Source of the DNA: an uncultured Chloroflexia bacterium
Lineage (GTDB): Bacteria > Chloroflexota > Limnocylindria > Limnocylindrales > CSP1-4
DNA: 64,000 nt
Reading direction: 5' to 3'
Assembly (NCBI GenBank): GCA_963798955.1
Contig: CAWCVO010000002.1
Coordinates: 512,122-576,121 of the forward strand
The stretch's first letter is position 1; each line of letters begins with the position of its first letter. The position numbers and the translations under genes are program-made. Positions 17,936 to 26,384 of the stretch are shown here, piece by piece. The notes beneath the pieces were generated by a model. That model did no database searches, was not told where the DNA came from, and was given only the letters and a program-made list of their open reading frames with translations.

Positions 17936-18936
17936 GCGAATACCAGGAATTCACAGGCAAGACCGTCGAGGAGGCATTGCGACTGGCGCGTGAGGCGTTC
18001 GGCATCACTGGCCTCGACGAGCTCGACTTCGAGATACTGACCCCGGGCAGCAGGGGCGTGCTGGGCATGGGCGCGGAGCCCGCCAGGATCATCGCTGCGC
18101 CGCGCTCGGCGCTCGGTGGGGCCGCACCCCGTCGCGAGGCGGCCGCCGCAACCCCGTTGCCCCCGCCACCGCCGCGCGAGCCGCGCGAACCACGCGAACC
18201 ACGCGAACGGCCGGAGCGTGGCACTCGGGGACGCGGCCCGGAGCGCGGAGGCGGCGAGCGCGGGCGCGGCGAGGGCGCGCCGCCGCGCCGCGAGATGCGC
18301 GAGCGAGGGCCGGCGCCGGCAGGGGAAAGCGGTCGTCCCGCTCATGGACGCGCCGGCGGCGAGCAGCTGTCGCCGAGCGAGCAGGAGGAGGTCCGCGCGA
18401 ATCGGGCGAGCCTGTCGCTCGAACGCGAGGAGATCCAGGCGGCCGAGGCGAGCCCGGAGGCCCTTGCCGCGGGCAAGGAGATCCTCGAGCAACTGCTCGA
18501 GCACATGGGTCTGCACGTCGAGGTCAGCGTGGAGAGCGGCGACACGTCGAAGCTCGATGTGCGCGGTGACGGTACTGAGAAGGAGGCGCTCGGTGCATTG
18601 ATCGGCCGCAAGGGCGAACGACTGTCGGCGCTCCAGCACCTGGTCAACCTGATGCTGTCGCGCAAGCTCGGCAGCTGGACGCGCGTGCTGGTCGACGTCG
18701 AGGACTATCGCGGCCGTCGCGAACGGCAACTTCGCGAAATTGCGCAGCGCGCGGCAGAACGCGTGCGCGAGAGTGGGAAGATGCTCCAGCTCGAGCCAAT
18801 GCCCGCGCTCGAGCGGCGCTGGATCCACCTTGCCCTGCGCGACAACCCGGATGTTGCCACCCAGTCGATCGGCGAGGAGCCGCATCGGCGGGTCGTAATC
18901 CTCCGCCGGCAGCAAGGAGCGGTCTCGGAGAGCTGA
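17932..18936 (+). CDS. jag: RNA-binding protein Jag/KhpB/EloR (Jag_N, KH, R3H)
   Basis: FTGKTVEEA, LIGRKGERLSALQ, LEPMPALERRWIHLAL, SIGEEPHRRVVI. Confidence 0.93.
   Translation: MSEYQEFTGKTVEEALRLAREAFGITGLDELDFEILTPGSRGVLGMGAEPARIIAAPRSALGGAAPRREAAAATPLPPPPPREPREPREPRERPERGTRGRGPERGGGERGRGEGAPPRREMRERGPAPAGESGRPAHGRAGGEQLSPSEQEEVRANRASLSLEREEIQAAEASPEALAAGKEILEQLLEHMGLHVEVSVESGDTSKLDVRGDGTEKEALGALIGRKGERLSALQHLVNLMLSRKLGSWTRVLVDVEDYRGRRERQLREIAQRAAERVRESGKMLQLEPMPALERRWIHLALRDNPDVATQSIGEEPHRRVVILRRQQGAVSES
18172..18207 (+). repeat. 4 x 9-bp in-frame tandem repeat (PRE)4 in the Jag linker
   Basis: ccgcgcgag ccgcgcgaa ccacgcgaa ccacgcgaa. Confidence 0.8.
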
Positions 18937-19024
18937 ATCAAGCTCTCCCGCGGACGTTGAGCCGGCGCTGCCCTGACGATCGGCTTATCTGTTCCAAAGT
19001 GTCGCGCTGGTAGGATTCGCGCCC

Positions 19025-20923
19025 ATGGCTTCCCTGAGTGAAGAACTCCCCATCGCTTACGCGCGCTCGAACAACGGCTTTCCGTGGCGCCGGCTGGCGT
19101 TCACCTTCCTGGTCACCCTGACCGCGATCGCGCTATTCGGCGCGTCTTTCGCAGTCGGGTATGCGCGCATGAACGAGGGCCGGGTCATCCCCGGCGTGGA
19201 TGTGGCCGGTATCTCACTCGCCGGCCTCGACCGTGCCGCAGCTCAGACAAAGCTGCGCGGCAGCCTGCCCGACCTGGGTGCCGGCAGCCTGACGGTGAGC
19301 CTCGGCGGGGTCAACGACACCATCAGCTATCGCTCCTTCGGTCGCGACTACAACCTGACCTACATGCTCGACCAGGCCTTCGACGAGGGCCGCAGCCCGT
19401 CATTCCTCGACCAGCTGCAGGAACAGCTTCGGGTGCTGCTGAATGGTGTGTCCGTACCGGCCGTGGTTTCGTGGCACAGCGCAGCGCTGGCGAACCGCAT
19501 CGCCCAGGATGCGGCAGCCGCCGTGCACCCGGCTGTCGATGCCACCATCACCCGCGTGGGCGGCGACTACGTTGTCACGCCTTCGGCGAGTGGCCAGACC
19601 CTCGACCCACAGCAGGCTGTGGCGCTGGCCATGAACGCCATCAACAACCTGTCGCCTGACAATGCTTCGATTTCGCTCGACGTCACGACCGTCGAGCCGG
19701 CGGTGACCACCGCCCAGGCGCAGGCCGCGACGGACCAGTTCAACCACGTGGTGGCAGACCCGATCACGGTCTCTTCGGGCGCGGACACGGCGACCATCTC
19801 GGCAGACGAGCTGCGTGGCTGGGTGCACCTCGACGCGACGGATCAGCCGGGGGTCTGGCAGGTCGTCGTCGAAACGGGTCCCATCGACCAGTTCGCCGCC
19901 GAATTGAGCGGGCAGTTCGATACACCGGCGACCAACGCCACGTTCGCCTTCTCGGGCGGGCAGGTGACGGTCAAGCCGAGCGCCGACGGGCAGGCGGTCG
20001 ATACGCAGACGACCGCCAGCAACATCGTGGCCGCGCTGGCGGACCGTGTGAGCGGCGGTGCGACGGCCACGGCGGCAATGGCCATGGTGTCCGTGCCGCC
20101 TGATTTCACGACCGACGAGGCGACTGCACTCGCGCCGCACGTGAAGATGCTGTCCTCCTGGACGACCCACTTCATCGAGGGATCGCTCAACGGCAACGGC
20201 GTGAACATCCAGATCCCGACCAACATCGTCAATGGCAGCGTGATCCAGCCGGGTGAGCGCTTCGACTTCCTTGATGCCATCGGTCCGATCACCAGCCCGC
20301 CGTACGAGAGTGGCGGCGCGCTCATCCACGGCCAGATCAGTGAGGACGGCGCGATCGGCGGCGGCATGTGCTCCTGCTCGACCACCCTGTTCAACGCAGT
20401 TGCGCGCTACGGGCTCGAGATCGACTCGCGGCACAACCACGCGCTCTACATCAGCCGCTATCCGCTCGGCCTGGACGCTACCGTGTGGATCGCCAATGCC
20501 AGCAGCCGCCAGACACTTGCCTTCACCAATGACACGCAGTACCCGATCCTGATCAAGGGCATCAATGCACACAACAAGGTCACCTTCGAGGTGTGGGGTG
20601 TCGACGACGGGCGAACGACCACCTTCAGTGACCCGCTGATCGAGAACGTCAACCCGGGCATCAAGCTGTACGAGTACACCGACGCTCTTGCGCCGGGCAA
20701 GAAGAAGTGGGTCAACGACCCCTACGACGCGATGGATGTGGCTGTCGTGCGGACGGTGCGCGACGCGAACGGCAACATGATCCACCAGGACACGTTCAAG
20801 TCGCACTACCGCAGGCTCGATGGGATCACGCTCATCGGCCGCTATCCGGGCGATCCCAAGGCCGGCACGACGATCCCCGTCAGCCAGTACGTGCCGCCGA
20901 CGCCGCCACCCCCGGCGCCCTGA
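19025..20923 (+). CDS. VanW family protein with N-terminal TM anchor and putative PG-binding repeats
   Basis: RVIPGVDVAGISLAGL, NGSVIQPGERFDF, GGGMCSCSTTLFNA, RHNHALY...GLDATV. Confidence 0.85.
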   Translation: MASLSEELPIAYARSNNGFPWRRLAFTFLVTLTAIALFGASFAVGYARMNEGRVIPGVDVAGISLAGLDRAAAQTKLRGSLPDLGAGSLTVSLGGVNDTISYRSFGRDYNLTYMLDQAFDEGRSPSFLDQLQEQLRVLLNGVSVPAVVSWHSAALANRIAQDAAAAVHPAVDATITRVGGDYVVTPSASGQTLDPQQAVALAMNAINNLSPDNASISLDVTTVEPAVTTAQAQAATDQFNHVVADPITVSSGADTATISADELRGWVHLDATDQPGVWQVVVETGPIDQFAAELSGQFDTPATNATFAFSGGQVTVKPSADGQAVDTQTTASNIVAALADRVSGGATATAAMAMVSVPPDFTTDEATALAPHVKMLSSWTTHFIEGSLNGNGVNIQIPTNIVNGSVIQPGERFDFLDAIGPITSPPYESGGALIHGQISEDGAIGGGMCSCSTTLFNAVARYGLEIDSRHNHALYISRYPLGLDATVWIANASSRQTLAFTNDTQYPILIKGINAHNKVTFEVWGVDDGRTTTFSDPLIENVNPGIKLYEYTDALAPGKKKWVNDPYDAMDVAVVRTVRDANGNMIHQDTFKSHYRRLDGITLIGRYPGDPKAGTTIPVSQYVPPTPPPPAP

Positions 20924-20927
20924 TCGG

Positions 20928-21335
20928 CTAGATCGCGCGCATCCTGTTGTTGCGCGCCTCGTGGGTGACCTCGGCCAGGCCGAGCGCCTCAAGCAGCGGC
21001 GGCATGTAGACACCGAAACGGCCGCGCAGGCCCTTCTTCAGTCCGTACCAACCACCGACCGGATTGGCTGGCGAGCGGCCCCACGCCTCGACGCTTCCAT
21101 CGGGCGCTGGCTTCTGCTCGTCGGCACCGCCGAGTGCCATCCAATCGCCATCCGCCTTGAGCATTGCGTGCAGGTCATCGATCGCCCGCTTGTGGTAGCG
21201 CAGCTGCGTGCCACCCACCTGGCAGACGATGGCAGGCGGATCGGACTCGTCGTCGATCCACATCTGGTACTCGGAGGTGCCCGGCGGCGTCTTCAGCAGC
21301 CAGGGATCTCCTTTGGTTCCGCTTCCTTCGACCAC
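20928..21335 (-). CDS. Conserved hypothetical protein (DUF6855-like)
   Basis: GTKGDPWLLKTPPGTSEY...NPVGGWYGLKKGLRGRFG...NNRMRAI. Family name recalled, not searched. Confidence 0.7.
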   Translation of the reverse strand: MVEGSGTKGDPWLLKTPPGTSEYQMWIDDESDPPAIVCQVGGTQLRYHKRAIDDLHAMLKADGDWMALGGADEQKPAPDGSVEAWGRSPANPVGGWYGLKKGLRGRFGVYMPPLLEALGLAEVTHEARNNRMRAI

Positions 21336-21420
21336 CTTGCGTCCCTCGGTATCGCTGACTCAGGTTGAGTTGCAGACGATAGCGTGCCCGTGGTCAAGGA
21401 GAAGTGGCGCAGCGCCAGAC

Positions 21421-21790
21421 TGGTGGAGATGGGGGAGAGTCGAACTCCCCGTCCAGAGCGTTCAGCCGAGAACCACTACGAGCGTGTTCGATGCTTTATC
21501 GTCAATCTGGCGGGCCGCCATCGACAGCGTCCTGCCCGATCCATCCACGTCCCTTGCGGGCTTTGCGACCGATTACGTGGCCTGGCCGATCGCGCATCCC
21601 CGCTGAATGACGCTTCCACAGCCCGCGGGGATGGGGCTGCTTCCACGCTCACTTGGCCGCCTTAGGCGGCGTAGGCGAGAGCAGGCTGGCGGTTGCCAGT
21701 TACTTCGTTTTGCCGTCTGTTTAACGAGGCCTGACGGCACCTCGGCTCGCGTTTCCCGGGGATCCGGCCCTGTCGAAACCACTCATCCCC
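21421..21790 (-). ncRNA. ssrA: tmRNA; tag peptide (A)GNRQPALAYAA at 21697-21662
   Basis: 5' GGGGATGAGTGGTTTCGAC, 3' GGAGTTCGACTCTCCCCCATCTCCACCA, internal GTAACT-GGC AAC CGC CAG CCT GCT CTC GCC TAC GCC GCC TAA. Adjacent to smpB. Confidence 0.96.
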
Positions 21791-21798
21791 AGACCGGC

Positions 21799-21823
21799 AT
21801 TTTACCAGTAGAACACATGTTCG
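21799..21823 (-). promoter_or_regulatory. tmRNA promoter -10 (TAAAAT) with adjacent LexA-type box GAAC-N4-GTTC
   Basis: ATTTTA at 21799-21804 and aGAACacatGTTCg at 21810-21823. Confidence 0.6.
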
Positions 21824-21842
21824 ACAACTGGTCGCTCGTGAT

Positions 21843-22307
21843 CTAACGGCGACCGCGAATAACGTCGGCCAGCTCGCGTTCCACGTCTCGTCGGCTCTGC
21901 CGCTCGGCGATGTCGCGGCGCCGGTCGTGGAGCTGCTTGCCACGCGCCAGGCCGAGCTCAACCTTTGCCCGACCACGGTCGCTGAGGTAGAGCCGCAGGG
22001 GAACCACGGTCAGGCCTTTCGCTGCCGCGCGGCCCATGAGCTGGTCGATCTGCGCCCGATGAAGTAGCAGCTTGCGGTCGCGGCGTGGCTCATGGTTGTA
22101 GCGGTTGCCCTGCTCGAAGGGCGCGATGTGGGCGTTCATCAGCCACGCCTCGCCCCTTTCGACGCGCGCGTAGGCGTCGGCCAGGTTCACCTTTCCGGCG
22201 CGGATGCTCTTGATCTCCGTGCCTGTCAGCACCAGACCGGCCTCGAACGTATCCGTGATGAGGTAGTTGTGGCGCGCCTTGCGGTTGAGCGCCACGGTTT
22301 CGCCCAC
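21843..22307 (-). CDS. smpB: SsrA-binding protein SmpB
   Basis: ALNRKARHNY, EAGLVLTGTEIKSIR, RKLLLHR, GKQLHDRR. AAGGAG lies 8 nt before GTG 22307. Confidence 0.97.
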   Translation of the reverse strand: MGETVALNRKARHNYLITDTFEAGLVLTGTEIKSIRAGKVNLADAYARVERGEAWLMNAHIAPFEQGNRYNHEPRRDRKLLLHRAQIDQLMGRAAAKGLTVVPLRLYLSDRGRAKVELGLARGKQLHDRRRDIAERQSRRDVERELADVIRGRR

Positions 22308-22332
22308 GACATTGACTCCTTCAGACACACGA

Positions 22333-22357
22333 ACGCCGGCCCGAGGTGGGCCGGCGT
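22333..22357 (-). terminator. 10-bp GC-rich hairpin just upstream of smpB (terminator/attenuator candidate)
   Basis: ACGCCGGCCC-ACCTC-GGGCCGGCGT, followed on the minus strand by TCGTGTGTCT (weak U-tract). Confidence 0.55.
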
Positions 22358-22392
22358 CTTCGTGGCTGCTTTCACCACCCTCGGGTGTCAGC

Positions 22393-22440
22393 TCAGGCGA
22401 GCATCCCCCGAGAGGTGGCGCAGCGAGACTGATCTAACAC
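22393..22440 (-). CDS. Putative 15-aa leader peptide MLDQSRCATSRGMLA
   Basis: AAAGGAGGTGAT (12-nt complement of the canonical 16S 3' end) closely precedes the GTG. TGA at 22395-22393. Confidence 0.5.
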   Translation of the reverse strand: MLDQSRCATSRGMLA

Positions 22441-22519
22441 TGCACATCACCTCCTTTCGTTCCCGATCACATTACCCGAGGTGCGCCGCGGCCGCAAGGC
22501 CGATCTCAGGCACTGGAAA

Positions 22520-23884
22520 CTACGCGGCGGCGGGCGCCCGCCAGCCGGACAATGCCGGCGATGTGCCGGGAGACGCTGCTGGCGGCGGGCCGAGGACTTC
22601 CTGGATGGCGCGATCGAGTTGCGGATCACCGGACTGGCCGCTGGCCGCCGGCGCCACGACGATGTCGGGGGTCAGCCCGACGCCGTGGATCCAGGTCTGG
22701 TCGGGGGTCAGCCACTTCTTGACCGACAGGCGGTAGCCACCGGCGTCGGGCAGTTGCTTGAACTCCTGGATTGTTCCCTTGCCATAGGTCTGCTCGCCGA
22801 TGAGCAAGGCGCGATGGTTGCCATGCAGCGAGGCCGAGACAATTTCGCTGGCGCTGGCCGTGCCGCCATTCACCAGGACTGCCACGGGCAAAGCTGGGTT
22901 GGTGGCGACCCCACCGAGGATGGGCGCGATGGCCACTGGCGGTTGATTGGCCGCCTGCTCCCAGTACAGCGGGCTGGTATCGACGAACTCGCTGGCGATC
23001 TGCTTGGCAGCATCGACGTACCCACCGGGGTCGTCGCGCAGGTCGAGCACGATGGCGCTGACGTGATCGGCGTCGACGAGCTGCTGCAGCTGATCGTGAA
23101 AGTCGCTGGCGGCCGCCGCGCTGAAGTCGGCGATCTTGATGTAGCCAACCGTGCCGTTGGCCAGCACCTCGCTGGTCACGTCCACACGTTGAACCACGTC
23201 GCGGGTGACGGGCACATCACGCGTCGTGCCGCCGCGCTCGATGGTCAGCGTCACGACCGTGTGTTGGGGGCCACGGATGAGCGGTACGACGTCGTCGATC
23301 TTCATGCCGCTCACTGACGTTCCGTCCACCGCCAGGATGACGTCGCCGGCGGCAAGTCCGGCGGTAACCGCCGGCGCACCGCGGATGACATTGGTGATGA
23401 CCAGCTGGCAGGTGCTCGAGATGGTGTCGCAGGTCTCGCCCTGGCCGCCCTTGACCGTCAGCTCGACGCCGACACCCACGAACTCACCCGATAGCCCACT
23501 CAGGCTGGCCTGGTACTGTTCCTGGGTCATGTAGAAGGAGAACGGGTCACCGAGCGCCTCGAAGATGCCGTTGATGGCACCTTCGACGAGCGTATGTTGG
23601 TCGACCGTGCCCACGTAGTTCGAGGTCACGTCGTTGTAGGCGTCCCAGAACGGCCTGAACAGTTCTTCCTGGCTTGCCGTGGTGCCGGGCGTCGAACCGG
23701 CCAGCCGTCCGAGCGCGAAGCCGGACACGAAGAGGCCACCCCCGAAGAGGATGGCCACGAGCAGGAGGGCGACCACCGTGAACGGACGGGGGCGCCGGCG
23801 GCGCTCCACCTGCAGCACTGCGACCGGCTCGTCCGGCGGGTCGCCGGGAGCTTTCAGTGCGTCGCCGGAGAAGGCATCGTTCAT
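22520..23884 (-). CDS. ctpA: S41 family C-terminal processing protease (PDZ + tail-specific protease)
   Basis: LGDPFSFY, PDZ (GAPAVTAGLAAGDVILAVDG), LDLRDDPGG, TASASEI, GEQTYGKG. Confidence 0.9.
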   Translation of the reverse strand: MNDAFSGDALKAPGDPPDEPVAVLQVERRRRPRPFTVVALLLVAILFGGGLFVSGFALGRLAGSTPGTTASQEELFRPFWDAYNDVTSNYVGTVDQHTLVEGAINGIFEALGDPFSFYMTQEQYQASLSGLSGEFVGVGVELTVKGGQGETCDTISSTCQLVITNVIRGAPAVTAGLAAGDVILAVDGTSVSGMKIDDVVPLIRGPQHTVVTLTIERGGTTRDVPVTRDVVQRVDVTSEVLANGTVGYIKIADFSAAAASDFHDQLQQLVDADHVSAIVLDLRDDPGGYVDAAKQIASEFVDTSPLYWEQAANQPPVAIAPILGGVATNPALPVAVLVNGGTASASEIVSASLHGNHRALLIGEQTYGKGTIQEFKQLPDAGGYRLSVKKWLTPDQTWIHGVGLTPDIVVAPAASGQSGDPQLDRAIQEVLGPPPAASPGTSPALSGWRAPAAA

Positions 23885-23942
23885 GTGCTGGTAGACCTCG
23901 TGGTGCGGCTGCTGCCGAGTCTAGATCGGGTGTTCGATTTGC

Positions 23943-24818
23943 TCAGGGGAGCGCGAACGACGACGGCAGGTAGCGGCGGTGATCAATGGTCTGCCTCGTC
24001 GCGCAATAGATCGCTGGCGGCCCGTCGAGGCGCAGACCTGCACGAAGCAGGCTCACGAACGTCGCGCCGGCAGGTCCCGGGACGTTCATGGTCCAGGCCG
24101 GCACTTGCGGCAGCTGCGTCATCAGCCGGCCCACGAATGGCGCCAGGTCGGCCGCGTCGCTGACCACGACCGGGCCCAGGCGGCCGGAAGGCTGTACGTA
24201 GCCATAGCCAACCAGCGTCGGGCCCTGGTAGAGCCCGTAGGGCTGACGCGCCGCCGCTTGCCACCAGTCGTGGTCGAACGGCCGGCGCACGCGGGTCACC
24301 GCCCGGTCCAGAAGCTCCACGCCGTCGCGATACGGAAGTGGGCGGACGTCCAGTCCGCCGCGCAGCGCCGGCAGGTCGGCTGCCGCTCGTCCGGTGAAGG
24401 TGTAGATGGGTACTCGGGGGACCATCCCGTACTGTGCGTAGAGGGCGGCCGAAATGGGCTGGATGGCGAGGATGCACACTGCTCGGTGCTCGGCGCCGGC
24501 CATCGCCCGTTCGAGCAGCGCGCGCCCGATGCCCTTGGCCTGCTGACCGGGAAGGACGAACAGGAAGGACAGGAAAGCGGATCGCCGGTAGCCGATCGCC
24601 TGGCCGAAGCCCACTACGCGATGGCCGATGTGAGCCAGCCAGCCACGATCGGGGCTGACGTCCTGGATGTGGCCGAAGAGGCTCACCAGCGCGTCGCGAT
24701 TGTGGGGCATGAGTGGCATCCCGCGGCTGAGCGTCAGGTCGTCGTCGGCCGCGTAGAGCACGTCAGCGCACTCATCGAGGTCGGCCGCCGTCATCGGACG
24801 GTACTGGGGATCGGTCAC
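23943..24818 (-). CDS. GNAT family N-acetyltransferase
   Basis: LFVLPGQQAKGIGRALL acetyl-CoA motif, ALYAQYGM. Confidence 0.8.
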   Translation of the reverse strand: MTDPQYRPMTAADLDECADVLYAADDDLTLSRGMPLMPHNRDALVSLFGHIQDVSPDRGWLAHIGHRVVGFGQAIGYRRSAFLSFLFVLPGQQAKGIGRALLERAMAGAEHRAVCILAIQPISAALYAQYGMVPRVPIYTFTGRAAADLPALRGGLDVRPLPYRDGVELLDRAVTRVRRPFDHDWWQAAARQPYGLYQGPTLVGYGYVQPSGRLGPVVVSDAADLAPFVGRLMTQLPQVPAWTMNVPGPAGATFVSLLRAGLRLDGPPAIYCATRQTIDHRRYLPSSFALP

Positions 24819-24828
24819 GAGAACCGGG

Positions 24829-25945
24829 TCAGGCGCCGGGAGTCGACGTGTCGGTCGTGGCCACGCGTTCGAGTTCGGCGGTCATGAAGTCGTCGAGGTC
24901 GCCGTCCAGCACGTCCGAGGTCGCGCTCGTTTCGTGCTCGGTGCGGTGGTCCTTGACCATCTGATAGGGATGCAGGACGTAGGAACGGATCTGGTTCCCC
25001 CAGCCCGCTTCGACATGCTCGCCACGCAGGGCAGCAAGCTCGCGCTCGCGCTCCTCGAGGCGCCGCTCGAGCAGACGCGCCCGCAGCACCTTCATGGCGA
25101 ACTCGCGGTTCTGGTGCTGTGATCGTTCGTTCTGGCTCTGGGCGACGATGCCTGTTGGGAGGTGCGTGATGCGGACCGCCGAGTCCGTCTTGTTGACATG
25201 CTGACCGCCGGCGCCCTGTGAGCGGAAAGTGTCGATCTTCAACTCGTCCTCGGGGATTTCCCCGAGCTCGGTGTCATCCGCGACCTCGGGCAGCACCTCG
25301 ACGAGCGCGAACGTGGTGTGACGTCGTTTCTGCGAGTCGTACGGGCTGATGCGCACCAACCGATGCACGCCACGCTCCGCGCGCAGGTAGCCATAGGCCC
25401 GGCGGCCAGCGACGCTGACGGTAACGCTCTTGAGGCCTGCCTCCTCGCCTTCCAGTTGATCCAGGATCTCAGTGGCGAAGTGGTGCCGCTGCGCCCAGCG
25501 CAGGTACATGCGCAACAGCATCTCGGCCCAATCGGTGGCTTCGGTCCCGCCGGCGCCCGCGGTGACGGTCAGGATGGCGTCGTTGTTGTCGTATTCGCCT
25601 GAAAAGAGCAACGCCGAGCGTAAGCCGGCGAACTCGCGCCGGAGCGCCTCGAACTCCTGGTCGATGCCCGTGTCGAGCGAGCCGTCACCTGATTCGACAG
25701 CCAGTTGCGCCAACTCCTCCAGGTCGTGCGCACGCCGGGCGATCGTTCGCCAGGTCGTCACCTCGTCGCGCAATCCCTCGGCACGGCGGAGCACCTGTTG
25801 TGCCGCACGTTGATCGGCCCAGAAGTCGGGTTCGGCGGTTTGAGCGTCGAGCCCGTCCAGCTCGGTTTGCTTGGCGTCTAGGTCAAAGACGCCCCGAGGT
25901 CGCGTCGATCTGCTGAACCAGCTCGCGAACCTGAGCGCTGTCCAT
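24829..25945 (-). CDS. prfB: Peptide chain release factor 2, +1 programmed frameshift at CTT-TGA-C (25888-25882)
   Basis: Frame 1 MDSAQVRELVQQIDATSGRL-TGA, GGGG SD-like upstream, then +1 frame DLDAKQTEL...GAGGTEATDWAEML...GAGGQHVNKT...WGNQIRSY. Confidence 0.95.
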
Positions 25946-26202
25946 CAGTTGGCTACCTCGGCACGCAACGCGATGCCCGAGGCGGCCTTGAGCAGGATTG
26001 GACGCAGCTCGATGATTCGCAGCGCGGTCTTGCTTCGGGCGACGACGGGGTTGACACACGGACAGTATCCGTTGTGCGGACAAACACCGCAGTTGCCGTC
26101 GCAGTCGAGCGTCATTGCATAGCTGCACGTTCGACATTCGCGTTCGCAGGCGATGAGGTCCACGAACGGCTCCTCGAGCACGTCAGCGGCTTTTGCATCC
26201 AC
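25945..26202 (-). CDS. Cys-rich hypothetical microprotein (85 aa, 8 Cys)
   Basis: GAGGGAG upstream of the GTG. CERECRTC-x7-CDGNCGVC-x5-CPC. The stop overlaps the prfB ATG (TGATG). Confidence 0.7.
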   Translation of the reverse strand: MDAKAADVLEEPFVDLIACERECRTCSYAMTLDCDGNCGVCPHNGYCPCVNPVVARSKTALRIIELRPILLKAASGIALRAEVAN

Positions 26203-26384
26203 GACTGGCCAAACTCCCTCTTGGCCAGGGCCACCCTCGACCCCGGGAACGTTTTCACATTCTCCGGAGGAGGCACGGCCTCCGGTGCGGGTATCCCGAG
26301 TATTACAGCCCGCGCAAGTCTGCTCAAGGGGTGAAATGAGCTAAATGGCCGCAAACGCCCATAAATCAGGCGTTTGAGGTCAGA

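Noticed and set aside
20924-21420. Genomic island integrated at the tmRNA 3' end
   Set aside because: No integrase and no duplicated ssrA 3' end was seen. Only one small conserved hypothetical gene is present.
22446-22457. 16S rRNA 3'-end fragment (ATCACCTCCTTT) on the plus strand
   Set aside because: The flanks are not rRNA-like. It is better explained as a perfect Shine-Dalgarno on the minus strand.
25882-25896. prfB as a pseudogene or a novel recoding event
   Set aside because: This is the well-known CTT-TGA-C +1 programmed frameshift.
25883-26137. 84-aa ORF as an N-terminal extension of prfB
   Set aside because: Only the last 20 codons (from ATG 25945) resemble RF2. The upstream part overlaps the Cys-rich ORF, which has the SD.
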